Assembly: GCA_951406725.2 (NCBI GenBank)
Contig: CATOCA020000001.1
Span: forward strand, 9,486,001-9,550,000
Length of the DNA: 64,000 nt
Direction of reading: 5' to 3'
From: Octopus vulgaris
Taxonomy: Eukaryota
The notes below the pieces were generated by a model. It ran no database searches. It saw only the letters and a list, made by a program, of their open reading frames with translations, and was not told the origin of the DNA. A program made the position numbers and the translations under genes. Numbering within the stretch: position 1 is the first letter of the stretch; every line of letters begins with the position of its first letter. Shown piece by piece: positions 52,922 through 64,000 of the stretch.

Positions 52922-52925
<4 letters not shown>
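52317..52925. mobile_element. Cluster of AT-rich PLE pseudo-LTR-like fragments inserted in (TA)n
   Basis: 52317-52385 is the reverse complement of 35600-35668; 52850-52925 resembles 39390-39455; an inverted pair lies at 52415-52445 and 52568-52602; contains a hammerhead motif. The PLE assignment is inference. Confidence 0.5.
52746..52816 (-). ncRNA. Candidate minimal type I hammerhead ribozyme
   Basis: Minus strand: atcac-CUGAAGA-augacugu...acagccau-GAAA-c-gauc-g-UA-gug. Intact core, 7/8-bp stem II, palindromic CGAUCG stem III, GUA cleavage triplet, short stem I. Confidence 0.65.
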
Positions 52926-52981
<56 letters not shown>

Positions 52982-53512
52982 GTCAAACTAATGCACCTGC
53001 TTGTTATTCCTGCACCTGTCTTCGTCTTTTGTTGTTTTCTGTAAATATATCCTTTTATATATATATATGTGCTGCAAGATTCTTGATGTTAAACCGTGCG
53101 TTGAAACAGATATTGTTGTATTTTTTTAACTCTTTTTGCCAAATAAACAGACGCACTATATAATTCCCTTTTCACTCATTTATTACCGTTCTTATTCTAA
53201 TTTATGTTTATCGTCCGGAAATCTTTCGTCACACCTCTGTGAACTCTTCAGCGACACTTTCCGTCTTCGTGTGAACTCTTCAGCGACACTTTCCGTCTTC
53301 GTGTGCACTCTTGCTCCGCTTTTATACATATACACACATACGCGAGTAAATATACGGGTAAAACCCTTGTGGAATGCTATATAAAGCTCGTATAAAGTCT
53401 TACTCAAAGAAGGTGCATTTCACACCTCGAATTGGTGATAATGATTACACAACATCTCACCAATGATCAAGTGTAAAAATGTGTCGAAACAATTGTAACG
53501 TCTATAGATAAT

Positions 53513-53578
<66 letters not shown>

Positions 53579-53599
53579 CATGTATGTATGTATGTATTT

Positions 53600-53924
53600 C
53601 ACAGCCTGCTCGTGAAATTAACGTGTAAGTGACTGAGCACTCCACAGACACGTGTACCCTTAACGTAGTTCTCGGGGATATTCAGCGTGACACAGAGAGT
53701 GACAAGGCCGGCCCTTTGAAATACAGGTACAACAGTACAGGAAGTAAGAGTGAGAGAAAGTTGTGGTGAAAGAGTACAGCAGGGGTCACCACCATCCCTG
53801 CCGGAGCCTCGTGGAGCTTTAGGTGTTTTCGCTCAATAAACACTCACAACGCCCGGTCTGGGAATCGAAACCGCGATCCTACGACCGCGAGTCCGCTGCC
53901 CTAACCACTGGGCCATTGTGCCTC
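53600..53924 (-). mobile_element. tRNA-derived SINE, family C
   Basis: Minus-strand head gaggcacaaTGGCCCAGTGGttagggcagcggactcgcggtcgtaggatcgcGGTTTCGATTCCcagacc with A and B boxes, followed by about 250 nt of non-tRNA body. Confidence 0.82.
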
Positions 53925-54389
53925 TTTGGGGGTATATCAGCCGAAACGTTGTGTTAAGAATAAACAAGATGAGGATAAATATCCGTCAAATGTAAATAAT
54001 GTTCATAATTCCTCATTTCTTCAATATAGAACTGTAATACATATGTAATTATGAAATCTTTGGATAGCTCTTCTCTGAATACCTCATTTTTGGATATTTC
54101 ATCTCTAATTATCTCGTCTATGGATATCCCATATGTGGATATTTCGTATGGGGGTATTTCTCTTGCTAATATCTCTTTGCTGTACGATATCTACAGTAAA
54201 GAGATATGTTCATTTATTAATGTTATATAGACATCTATGAGATATCTCCCACGCATTTGTTTTTGTAGCGGAAATGAATCGTAATGATGATACGAATACG
54301 AATATAGATAGCGTGAAACTTGGAGTTACTAATTTTAAAAAATGTGTATGCGTGCGCACTCGAGTGCGTGCAAACGAAAGCATATAGGT

Positions 54390-54394
54390 ATGTA

Positions 54395-54430
<36 letters not shown>

Positions 54431-54505
54431 TGTATGTATGTATGTATGTATGTATGTATGCATGTATGTATGTATGGATGGATGGATGGAAGGATGGATG
54501 GATGG

Positions 54506-54542
<37 letters not shown>

Positions 54543-54565
54543 AGTGTGTGGCTAGCTAGACAGAC

Positions 54566-54643
<78 letters not shown>

Positions 54644-54889
54644 AGATATATAGATATCTTTCTTTATTAGCCACACAGGGCGGAACACAGAGGGGACAAA
54701 ATACAATGTAGAGCTTTTCTTTTCGGGAAAAAAAGAGAAAAATAAAATTCTGATCAAAAGGGAGGGTAAGACAAAAAAAAAAGACAGACAGACAGATAGA
54801 CAGACGGTCGGACAGATAGATAGACAGACAGGCAGAGAGACAGACATACAGGTAGACAGATAGATAGGCAGACAGACAGACAGACAGAC

Positions 54890-54957
<68 letters not shown>

Positions 54958-55063
54958 GGATGGATGGTTGGATGGATGGTTGGATGGATGGATGGATGGA
55001 TGGATAGATAGATAGAGAGATAGATGGATGGATGGATGGATGGATGGATGGATGGATAGATAG

Positions 55064-55094
<31 letters not shown>

Positions 55095-55108
55095 GATAGA
55101 TAGATAGA
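54390..55108. repeat. Compound microsatellites (TATG, GGAT, TG, GATA, GA, GACA)
   Basis: Direct reading. Confidence 0.92.
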
Positions 55109-55264
55109 AGGTCGATGCAGGGAGGATCACCACCGTAAATATAAGCCGCACACAAATATTCGCAACAACCGCACACATAAAGAGAAGAGAGAAGGGAAAA
55201 GAAATAACTCCTGGGCGACGTAAATTCAATAACAACAATTACAATAATAATAGCAATAACAGCT

Positions 55265-55375
55265 AAAATATGGACGTCAGCGGCACATTTCATAAAGTAT
55301 GCACATCAGCGGCACATATCATAAAGTATGGGTTTCAGCGGCACACATCATAAAGTATGGACGTCAGAAGCACAG
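55265..55375. repeat. 29-bp minisatellite, about 4 copies
   Basis: Approximately aaagtatggacgtcagcggcacatatcat, repeated. Confidence 0.8.
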
Positions 55376-55384
55376 CGGCCGGGA

Positions 55385-55706
55385 TCTCTTTAATATCGAT
55401 CCTTTCTCAGCCAGACATAATCTGCACTTTCTGCTGCTATTGAAGTACGCTTTACATTTCTCTAGAATCCTCCACTTTATGTTATTCTTGGTGACGCTGT
55501 CTTTCAACGACCATACGTGCTTGGCCAGGGTTGTGGAATTACATCTCTCCTAGATGCGGAAAGACTTGTGGTTGTTATAGCAGGGTCTGAAGGGGCCTTC
55601 AGTTGCTCCAATGTACTTTTGCATGTTTGGTTGTCTATTTAATCCTATTGCTGTTACCTTTACCTCGTGTACGACGTCCTTCGTATTACAGTGGTCGTTC
55701 AGTGGC
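55385..55706 (-). pseudogene. Second Naiad-type Penelope-like GIY-YIG endonuclease relic
   Basis: Hand translation: PLNDHCNTKDVVHEVKV...KYIGATEGPFRPCYNNHKSFRI*ERCNSTTLAKHVWSLKD...IKWRILEKCKAYFNSSRKCRLCLAEK, co-linear with the 7085-7522 ORF. Confidence 0.85.
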
Positions 55707-56186
55707 GAGATGGGTTACCCTTACTTGAGCATCTTGCCCCTGTCTCAGGTGTGACCCTAACTACTAAAATCAAATTTTTACATTAAATGTGCACAGCTAA
55801 AGAAAACATTCACGATGCGTCTATTTTTAATCCTTGAAAATTTTCTAGTTCCCACCAAGTATCGGCGGGTGCATAACCCTCCCGTAAGACCATTGCATGT
55901 GCGTGGGTGTCTAGTCTTTGTTTTCACATATACAATGATAAATTACTTAAGTTCTTTAAATAGGTCAGTAAAGTCTTGCAAGTTTGTAAGCGTACGCAAT
56001 CCATGATCATGAGGCATGCTCGTTATATTTGACAGAAAAACGTATTATATTACACGTGGTCAAGACCTCTCTTTTGTGTGCAGTGTATATCCTTGACCGA
56101 TCAGTGTTCAGGCTGGGCGGGGCATTAAGTTATTCACAGCACCAGGTTGTTTATAAATAGATTGTAACAAACGACATAGTAAACCG

Positions 56187-59100
56187 ATTTCCTTATTGCC
56201 CACAAGGGGCTAAACACAGAGAGGACAAACAAGGACAGACAAACGGATTAAGTCGACTATATCGACTCCAGTGCGTAACTGGTACTTATTTAATCGACCC
56301 CGAAAGGATGAAAGGCAAAGTTGACCTCGGCAGAATTTGAACTCAGAACGTAACGGCAGACGAAATACCTATTTCTTTACTACCCACAAGGGGCTAAACA
56401 CAGACGGGACACAACAAGGACAGACAAACGGATTAAGTCGATTATATCGACTCCAGTGCGTAACTGGTACTTATTTAATCGACCCCGAAAGGATCAAAGG
56501 CAAAGTTGACCTCGGCAGAATTTGAACTGAGAACGTAACGGCAGACGAAATACCTATTTCTTTACTACCCACAAGGGGCTAAACCCAGAGAGGACAAACA
56601 AGGACAGACAAACGGATTAAGTCGACTATATCGACTCCAGTGCGTAACTGGTACTTATTTAATCGACCCCGAAAGGATGAAAGGCAAAGTTGACCTCGGC
56701 AGAATTTGAACTCAGAACGTAACGGCAGACGAAATACCTATTTCTTTACTACCCACAAGGGGCTAAACACAGAGAGGACAAACAAGGACAGACAAACGGA
56801 TTAAGTCGATTATATCGACTCCAGTGCGTAACTGGTACTTATTTAATCGACCCCGAAAGGATCAATGGCAAAGTTGACCTCGGCAGAATTTGAACTGAGA
56901 ACGTAACGGCAGACGAAATACCTATTTCTTTACTACCCACAAGGGGCTAAACCCAGAGAGGACAAACAAGGACAGACAAACGGATTAAGTCGTCTATATC
57001 GACTCCAGTGCGTAACTGGTACTTATTTAATCGACCCCGAAAGGATGAAAGGCAAAGTTGACCTCGGCAGAATTTGAACTCAGAATGTAACGGCAGACGA
57101 AATACCTATTTCTTTACTACCCACAAGGGGCTAAACACAGAGAGGACAAACAAGGACAGACAAACGGATTAAGTCGATTATATCGACTCCAGTGCGTAAC
57201 TGGTACTTATTTAATCGACCCGAAAGGATGAAAGGCAAAGTTGACCTCGGCGGAATTTGAACTCAGAACGTAACGGCAGACGAAATACCTATTTCTTTAC
57301 TACCCACAAGGGGCTAAACACAGAGAGGACAAACAAGGACAGACAAACGGATTAAGTCGATTATATCGACCCCAGTGCGTAACTGGTACTTATTTAATCG
57401 ACCCCGAAAGGATGAAAGGCAAAGTCGACCTCGGCGGAATTTGAACTCAGAACGTAACGGCAGACGAAATACCTATTTCTTTACTACCCACAAGGGGCTA
57501 AACACAGAGAGGACAAACAAGGACAGACAAACGGATTAAGTCGATTATATCGACCCCAGTGCGTAACTGGTACTTATTTAATCGACCCCGAAAGGAATGA
57601 AAGGCAAAGTCGACCTCGGCGGAATTTGAACTCAGAACGTAACGGCAGACGAAATACCTATTTCTTTACTACCCACAAGGGGCTAAACACAGAGAGGACA
57701 AACAAGGACAGACAAACGGATTAAGTCGATTATATCGACTCCAGTGCGTAACTGGTACTTATTTAATCGAACCCGAAAGGATGAAAGGCAAAGTTGACCT
57801 CGGCAGAATTTGAACTCAGAACGTAACGGCAGACGAAATACCTATTTCTTTACTACCCACAAGGGGCTAAACACAGAGAGGACAAACAAGGACAGACAAA
57901 CGGATTAAGTCGACTATATCGACTCCAGTGCGTAACTGGTACTTATTTAATGGACCCCGAAAGGATGAAAGGCAAAGTCGACCTCGGCGGAATTTGAACT
58001 CAGAACGTAACGGCAGATGAAATACCTATTTCTTTACTGCCCACAAGGGGCTAAACACAGAGAGGACAAACAAGGACAGACAAACGGATTAAGTCGTCTA
58101 TATCGACCCCAGTGCGTAACTGGTACTTAATTTGTCGACTCCAAAAGGATGAAAGGCAAAGTCGAATTCGGCGGAATTTGAACTCAGAACGTAACGGCAG
58201 ACGAAATACCTATTTCTTTACTACCCACAAGGGGCTAAACACAGAGAGGACAAACAAGGACAGACAAACGGATTAAATCGTCTGTATCGACCCCAGAGCG
58301 TAACTGGTACTTATTTAATGGACCCCGAAAGGATGAAAGGCAAAGTCGACCTCGGCGGAATTTGAACTCAGAACGTAACGGCAGATGAAATACCTATTTC
58401 TTTACTACCCACAAGGGGCTAAACACAGAGGTGACAAACAAGGACAGACAAACGGATTAAGTCGTCTATATCGACCCCAGTGCGTAACTGGTACTTATTT
58501 AATGGACCCCGAAAGGATGAAAAGCAAAGTCGACCTCGGCGGAATTTGAACCCAGAACGTAACGGCAGACGAAATACCTATTTCTTTACTACCCATAAGG
58601 GGATAAACACAGAGGTGACAAACAAGGACAGACAAACGGATTAAGTCGATTATATCGACCCCAGTGCGTAACTGGTACTTATTTAATGGACCCCGAAAAA
58701 ATGAAAGGCAAAGTCGACCTCGGCGGAATTTGAACTCAGAACGTAACGGCAGACGAAATACCTATTTCTTTACTACCCACAAGGGGCTAAACACAGAGAG
58801 GACAAACAAGGACAGACAAACGGATTAAGTCGTCTATATCGACCCCAGTGCGTAACTGGTACTTATTTAATGGACCCCGAAAGAATGAAAAGCAAAGTCG
58901 ACCTCGGCGGAATTTGAACTCAGAACGTAACGGCAGACGAAATACCTATTTCTTTACTACCCACAGGGGCTAAACACAGACGGGACAAACAAGGACAGAC
59001 AAACGGATTAAGTCGTCTATATCGACCCCAGTGCGTAACTGGTACTTATTTAATGGACCCCGAAAGGATGAAAGGCAAAGTTGACCTCGGCGGAATTTGA

Positions 59101-62100
59101 ACTCAGAACGTAACGGCAGACGAAATACCTATTTCTTTACTACCCATAAGGGGCTAAACACAGACGGGACAAACAAGGACAGACAAACGGATTAAGTCGA
59201 CTATATCGACCCCAGTGCGTAACTGGCACTTATTTAATGGACCCTGAAAGGATGAAAGGCAAAGTTAACCTCGGCGGAATTTGAACTCAGAACGTAAGGG
59301 CAGACGAAATACCTATTTCTTTACTACCCACAAGGGGCTAAACACAGAGAAGACAAACAAGGACAGACAAACGGATTAAGTCGTCTGTATCGACCCCAGT
59401 GCGTAACTGGTACTTATTTAATGGACCCCGAAAGGATGAAAGGCAAAGTCGACCTCGGCGGAATTTGAACTCAGAACGTAACGGCAGACGAAATACCTAT
59501 TTCTTTACTACCCACAAGGGGCTAAACACAGAGAGGACAAACAAGGACAGACAAACGGATTAAGTCGTCTGTATCGACCCCAGAGCGTAACTGGTACTTA
59601 TTTAATGGACCCCGAAAGGATGAAAGGCAAAGTCGACCTCGGCGGAATTTGAACTCAGAACGTAACGGCAGATGAAATACCTATTTCTTTACTACCCACA
59701 AGGGGCTAAACACAGAGGGGACAAACAAGGACAGACAAACGGATTAAGTCGATTATATCGACCCCAGTGCGTAACTGGTACTTATTTAATGGACCCCGAA
59801 AGAATGAAAAGCAAAGTCGACCTCGGCGGAATTTGAACTCAGAACGTAACGGCAGACGAAATACCTATTTCTTTACTACCCACAGGGTTAAACACAGACG
59901 GGACAAACAAGGACAGACAAACGGATTAAGTCGTCTATATCGACTCCAGTGCGTAACTGGTACTTATTTAATGGACCCCGAAAGGATGAAAGGCAAAGTT
60001 GACCTCGGCGGAATTTGAACTCAGAACGTAACGGCAGACGAAATACCTATTTCTTTACTACCCATAAGGGGATAAACACAGACGGGACAAACAAGGACAG
60101 ACAAACGGATTAAGTCGACTATATCGACCCCAGTGCGTAACTGGTACTTATTTAATGGACCCTGAAAGGATGAAAGGCAAAGTCGACCTCGGCGGAATTT
60201 GAACTCAGAACGTAAGGGCAGACGAAATACCTATTTCTTTACTACCCACAAGGGGCTAAACACAGAGAAGACAAACAAGGACAGACAAACGGATTAAGTC
60301 GTCTGTATCGACCCCAGTGCGTAACTGGTACTTATTTAATGGACCCCGAAAGGATGAAAGGCAAAGTCGACCTCGGCGGAATTTGAACTCAGAACGTAAC
60401 GGCAGACGAAATACCTATTTCTTTACTACCCACAAGGGGCTAAACACAGAGAGGACAAACAAGGACAGACAAACGGATTAAATCGTCTGTATCGACCCCA
60501 GGCGTAACTGGTACTTATTTAATGGACCCCGAAAGGATGAAAGGCAAAGTCGACCTCGGCGGAATTTGAACTCAGAACGTAACGGCAGATGAAATACCTA
60601 TTTCTTTACTACCCACAAGGGGCTAAACACAGAGGGGACAAACAAGGACAGACAAACGGATTAAGTCGATTATATCGACCCCAGTGCGTAACTGGTACTT
60701 ATTTAATGGACCCCGAAAGAATGAAAAGCAAAGTCGACCTCGGCGGAATTTGAACTCAGAACGTAACGGCAGACGAAATACCTATTTCTTTACTACCCAC
60801 AAGGGGCTAAACACAGACGGGACAAACAAGGACAGACAAACGGATTAAGTCGTCTATATCGACCCCAGTGCGTAACTGGTACTTATTTAATGGACCCCGA
60901 AAGAATGAAAAGCAAAGTCGACCTCGGCGGAATTTGAACTCAGAACGTAACGGCAGACGAAATACCTATTTCTTTACTACCCACAAGGGGCTAAACACAG
61001 AGAGGACAAACAAGGACAGACAAACGGATTAAGTCGTCTATATCGACCCCAGTGCGTAACTGGTACTTATTTAATGGACCCCGAAAGGATGAAAGGCAAA
61101 GTCGACCTCGGCGGAATTTGAACTCAGAACGTAAGGGCAGACGAAATACCTATTTCTTTACTACCCACAAGGGGCTAAACACAGAGAAGACAAACAAGGA
61201 CAGACAAACGGATTAAGTCGTCTATATCGACCCCAGTGCGTAACTGGTACTTATTTAATGGACCCCGAAAGGATGAAAGGCAAAGTCGACCTCGGCGGAA
61301 TTTGAACTCAGTTCGTAACGGCAGATGAAATACCTCTTTCTTTACTGCCCACAAGGGGCTAAACACAGAGAGGACAAACAAGGACAGACAAACGGATTAA
61401 GTAGTCTATATCGACCCCAGTGCGTAACTGGTACTTATTTAATGGACCCCGAAAGAATGAAAAGCAAAGTCGACCTCGGCGGAATTTGAACTCAGAACGT
61501 AACGGCAGACGAAATACCTATTTCTTTACTACCCACAAGGGGCTAAACACAGACGGACAAACAAGGACAGACAAACGGATTAAGTCGTCTATATCGACCC
61601 CAGTGCGTAACTGGTACTTATTTAATGGACCACGAAAGAATGAAAGGCAAAGTCGACCTCGGCGGAATTTGAACTCAGAACGTAAGGGCAGACGAAATAC
61701 CTATTTCTTTACTACCCACAAGGGGCTAAACACAGAGAGGACAAACAAGGACAGACAAACGGATTAAGTCGTCTGTATCGACCCCAGTGCGTAACTGGTA
61801 CTTATTTAATGGACCCCGAAAGGATGAAAGGCAAAGTCGACCTCGGCGGAATTTGAACTCAGAACGTAACGGCAGATGAAATACCTATTTCTTTACTACC
61901 CACAAGGGGCTAAACACAGAGAGGACAAACAAGGACAGACAAACGGATTAAGTCGTCTATATCGACCCCAGTGCGTAACTGGTACTTATTTAATGGACCC
62001 CGAAAGGATGAAAAGCAAAGTCGACCTCGGCGGAATTTGAACTCAGAACGTAACGGCAGACGAAATACCTATTTCTTTACTACCCATAAGGGGATAAACA

Positions 62101-63314
62101 CAGAGGTGACAAACAAGGACAGACAAACGGATTAAGTCGATTATATCGACCCCAGTGCGTAACTGGTACTTATTTAATCGACTCCGAAAGGATGAAAGGC
62201 AAAGTCGACCTCGGCGGAATTTGAACCCAGAACGTAACGGCAGACGAAATACCTATTTCTTTACTACCCACAAGGGGCTAAACACAGAGAGGACAAACAA
62301 GGACAGACAAACGGATTAAGTCGTCTATATCGACCCCAGTGCGTAACTGGTACTTATTTAATGGACCCCGAAAGAATGAAAAGCAAAGTCGACCTCGGCG
62401 GAATTTGAACTCAGAACGTAACGGCAGACGAAATACCTATTTCTTTACTACCCACAGGGGCTAAACACAGACGGGACAAACAAGGACAGACAAACGGATT
62501 AAGTCGTCTATATCGACCCCAGTGCGTAACTGGTACTTATTTAATGGACCCCGAAAGGATGAAAGGCAAAGTTGACCTCGGCGGAATTTGAACTCAGAAC
62601 GTAACGGCAGACGAAATACCTATTTCTTTACTACCCATAAGGGGATAAACACAGACGGGACAAACAAGGACAGACAAACGGATTAAGTCGTCTATATCGA
62701 CCCCAGTGCGTAACTGGTACTTATTTAATGGACCCCGAAAGGATGAAAAGCAAAGTCGACCTCGGCGGAATTTGAACCCAGAACGTAACGGCAGACGAAA
62801 TACCTATTTCTTTACTACCCATAAGGGGCTAAACACAGAGGAGACAAACAAGGACAGACAAACGGATTAAGTCGTCTATATCGACCCCAGTGCGTAACTG
62901 GTACTTATTTAATGTCGACTCCGAAAGGATGAAAGGCAAAGTCGACCTCGGCGGAATTTGAACTCAGAACGTAACGGCAGATGAAATACCTATTTCTTTA
63001 CTACCCACAAGGGGCTAAACACAGAGAGGACAAACAAGGACAGACAAACGGATTAAGTCGTCTATATCGACCCTAGTGCGTAACTGGTACTTATTTAATG
63101 GACCCCGAAAGAATGAAAAGCAAAGTCGACCTCGGCGGAATTTGAACTCAGAACGTAACGGCAGACGAAATACCTATTTCTTTACTACCCACAGGGGCTA
63201 AACACAGACGGAACAAACAAGGACAGACAAACGGATTAAGTCGTCTATATCGACCCCAGTGCGTAACTGGTACTTATTTAATGGACCACGAAAGAATGAA
63301 AGGCAAAGTCGACC
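56187..63314 (-). repeat. 184-bp satellite derived from headless SINE family B, about 39 copies
   Basis: Period 184-185 (cccacaagg at 56199, 56383, 56568, 56752). Each minus-strand unit contains the B-box-like gagttcaaattcc and gcctttcatcctttcggggtc, homologous to 10430-10566. Confidence 0.95.
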
Positions 63315-63665
63315 TTTTGTTTTTTGTAACATAGTTATAATTTTGAAAGACTAGATGGCAGTTTAGTTGCTCCCTTATTTATTTATTTATCTATGTGCTA
63401 GGGGTTGATTGTAGATATGTTTGTATACAAGTGTATGTGTGTGTGTACATGTAATTATGTATGTATGTGCGTTTGATCTATGGATGTGCGTGTGCGTATA
63501 TGCGTTTCTTGACTAACCAACCGTAAAATTTCTTTCGTGATTCAAATTTCAAACTACAAGCCAATCGAATTAATCGAGAATAATCAATTCCAAGCGGACA
63601 GACTAACTTAACTCATAGTTATATCAATTTTGAAAGGATGGACTTGTTACAAACTTAACTGTATC

Positions 63666-63696
<31 letters not shown>

Positions 63697-64000
63697 ATTA
63701 ATAGTAATTATTATTGACTTTTATAGATTTATAATTTTATGAACTGAACTATGGTTTTCTATTATTATTATTATTTTTCAGGTATAGATAGAATATTAAT
63801 TTAAATAGTAGTGAGCATATATCTCCCTATGTGTTAATTTTTAGAACTATTAGCCAAATATGTAACATAACTGTGCTTATTAATATTAATATATACACTG
63901 ATATATATTTTATATTTTGTTTTTTATATATTTTGTTTTATTTTGTTTTGTTTACCTTGCATTTACTCGTGTATCAATGAGTATTGTATATGTGTAGCAG

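Noticed and set aside
53850-53924. tRNA gene
   Set aside because: A and B boxes are present, but the sequence runs into a SINE body without a convincing acceptor stem or terminator; it is a SINE head.

Overview
AT-rich, microsatellite-laden eukaryotic DNA made almost entirely of transposable-element remnants and tandem repeats; I find no supportable host gene. From memory, the tRNA-derived SINE families resemble coleoid cephalopod (Octopus-type) repeats; this is inference, not a database result. Mobile elements: a decayed CR1-group LINE (983-3504, -), two Naiad-type Penelope-like relics (7085-9245 and 55385-55706, -), a 2.27-kb ORF1-only L1/Tx1-like retroelement inserted in a SINE with a 12-bp TSD (10834-13106), non-autonomous Helitrons, a DD41D transposon nested in a mariner, a mini-mariner, an RTE fragment and at least three SINE families. 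Five satellites: 48 bp (~19.7 kb), 22 bp (GCGCATGCGC core), TA-rich, 70 bp (each unit a hairpin) and 184 bp (SINE-derived). The giant ORFs in the track are artefacts of the stop-free 48-bp repeat. The most notable observations are the ORF1-only retroelement, the 70-bp hairpin array, a LINE-SINE shared 3' tail, a minimal hammerhead ribozyme candidate, an NRF1-motif array and a B-box-bearing SINE satellite.
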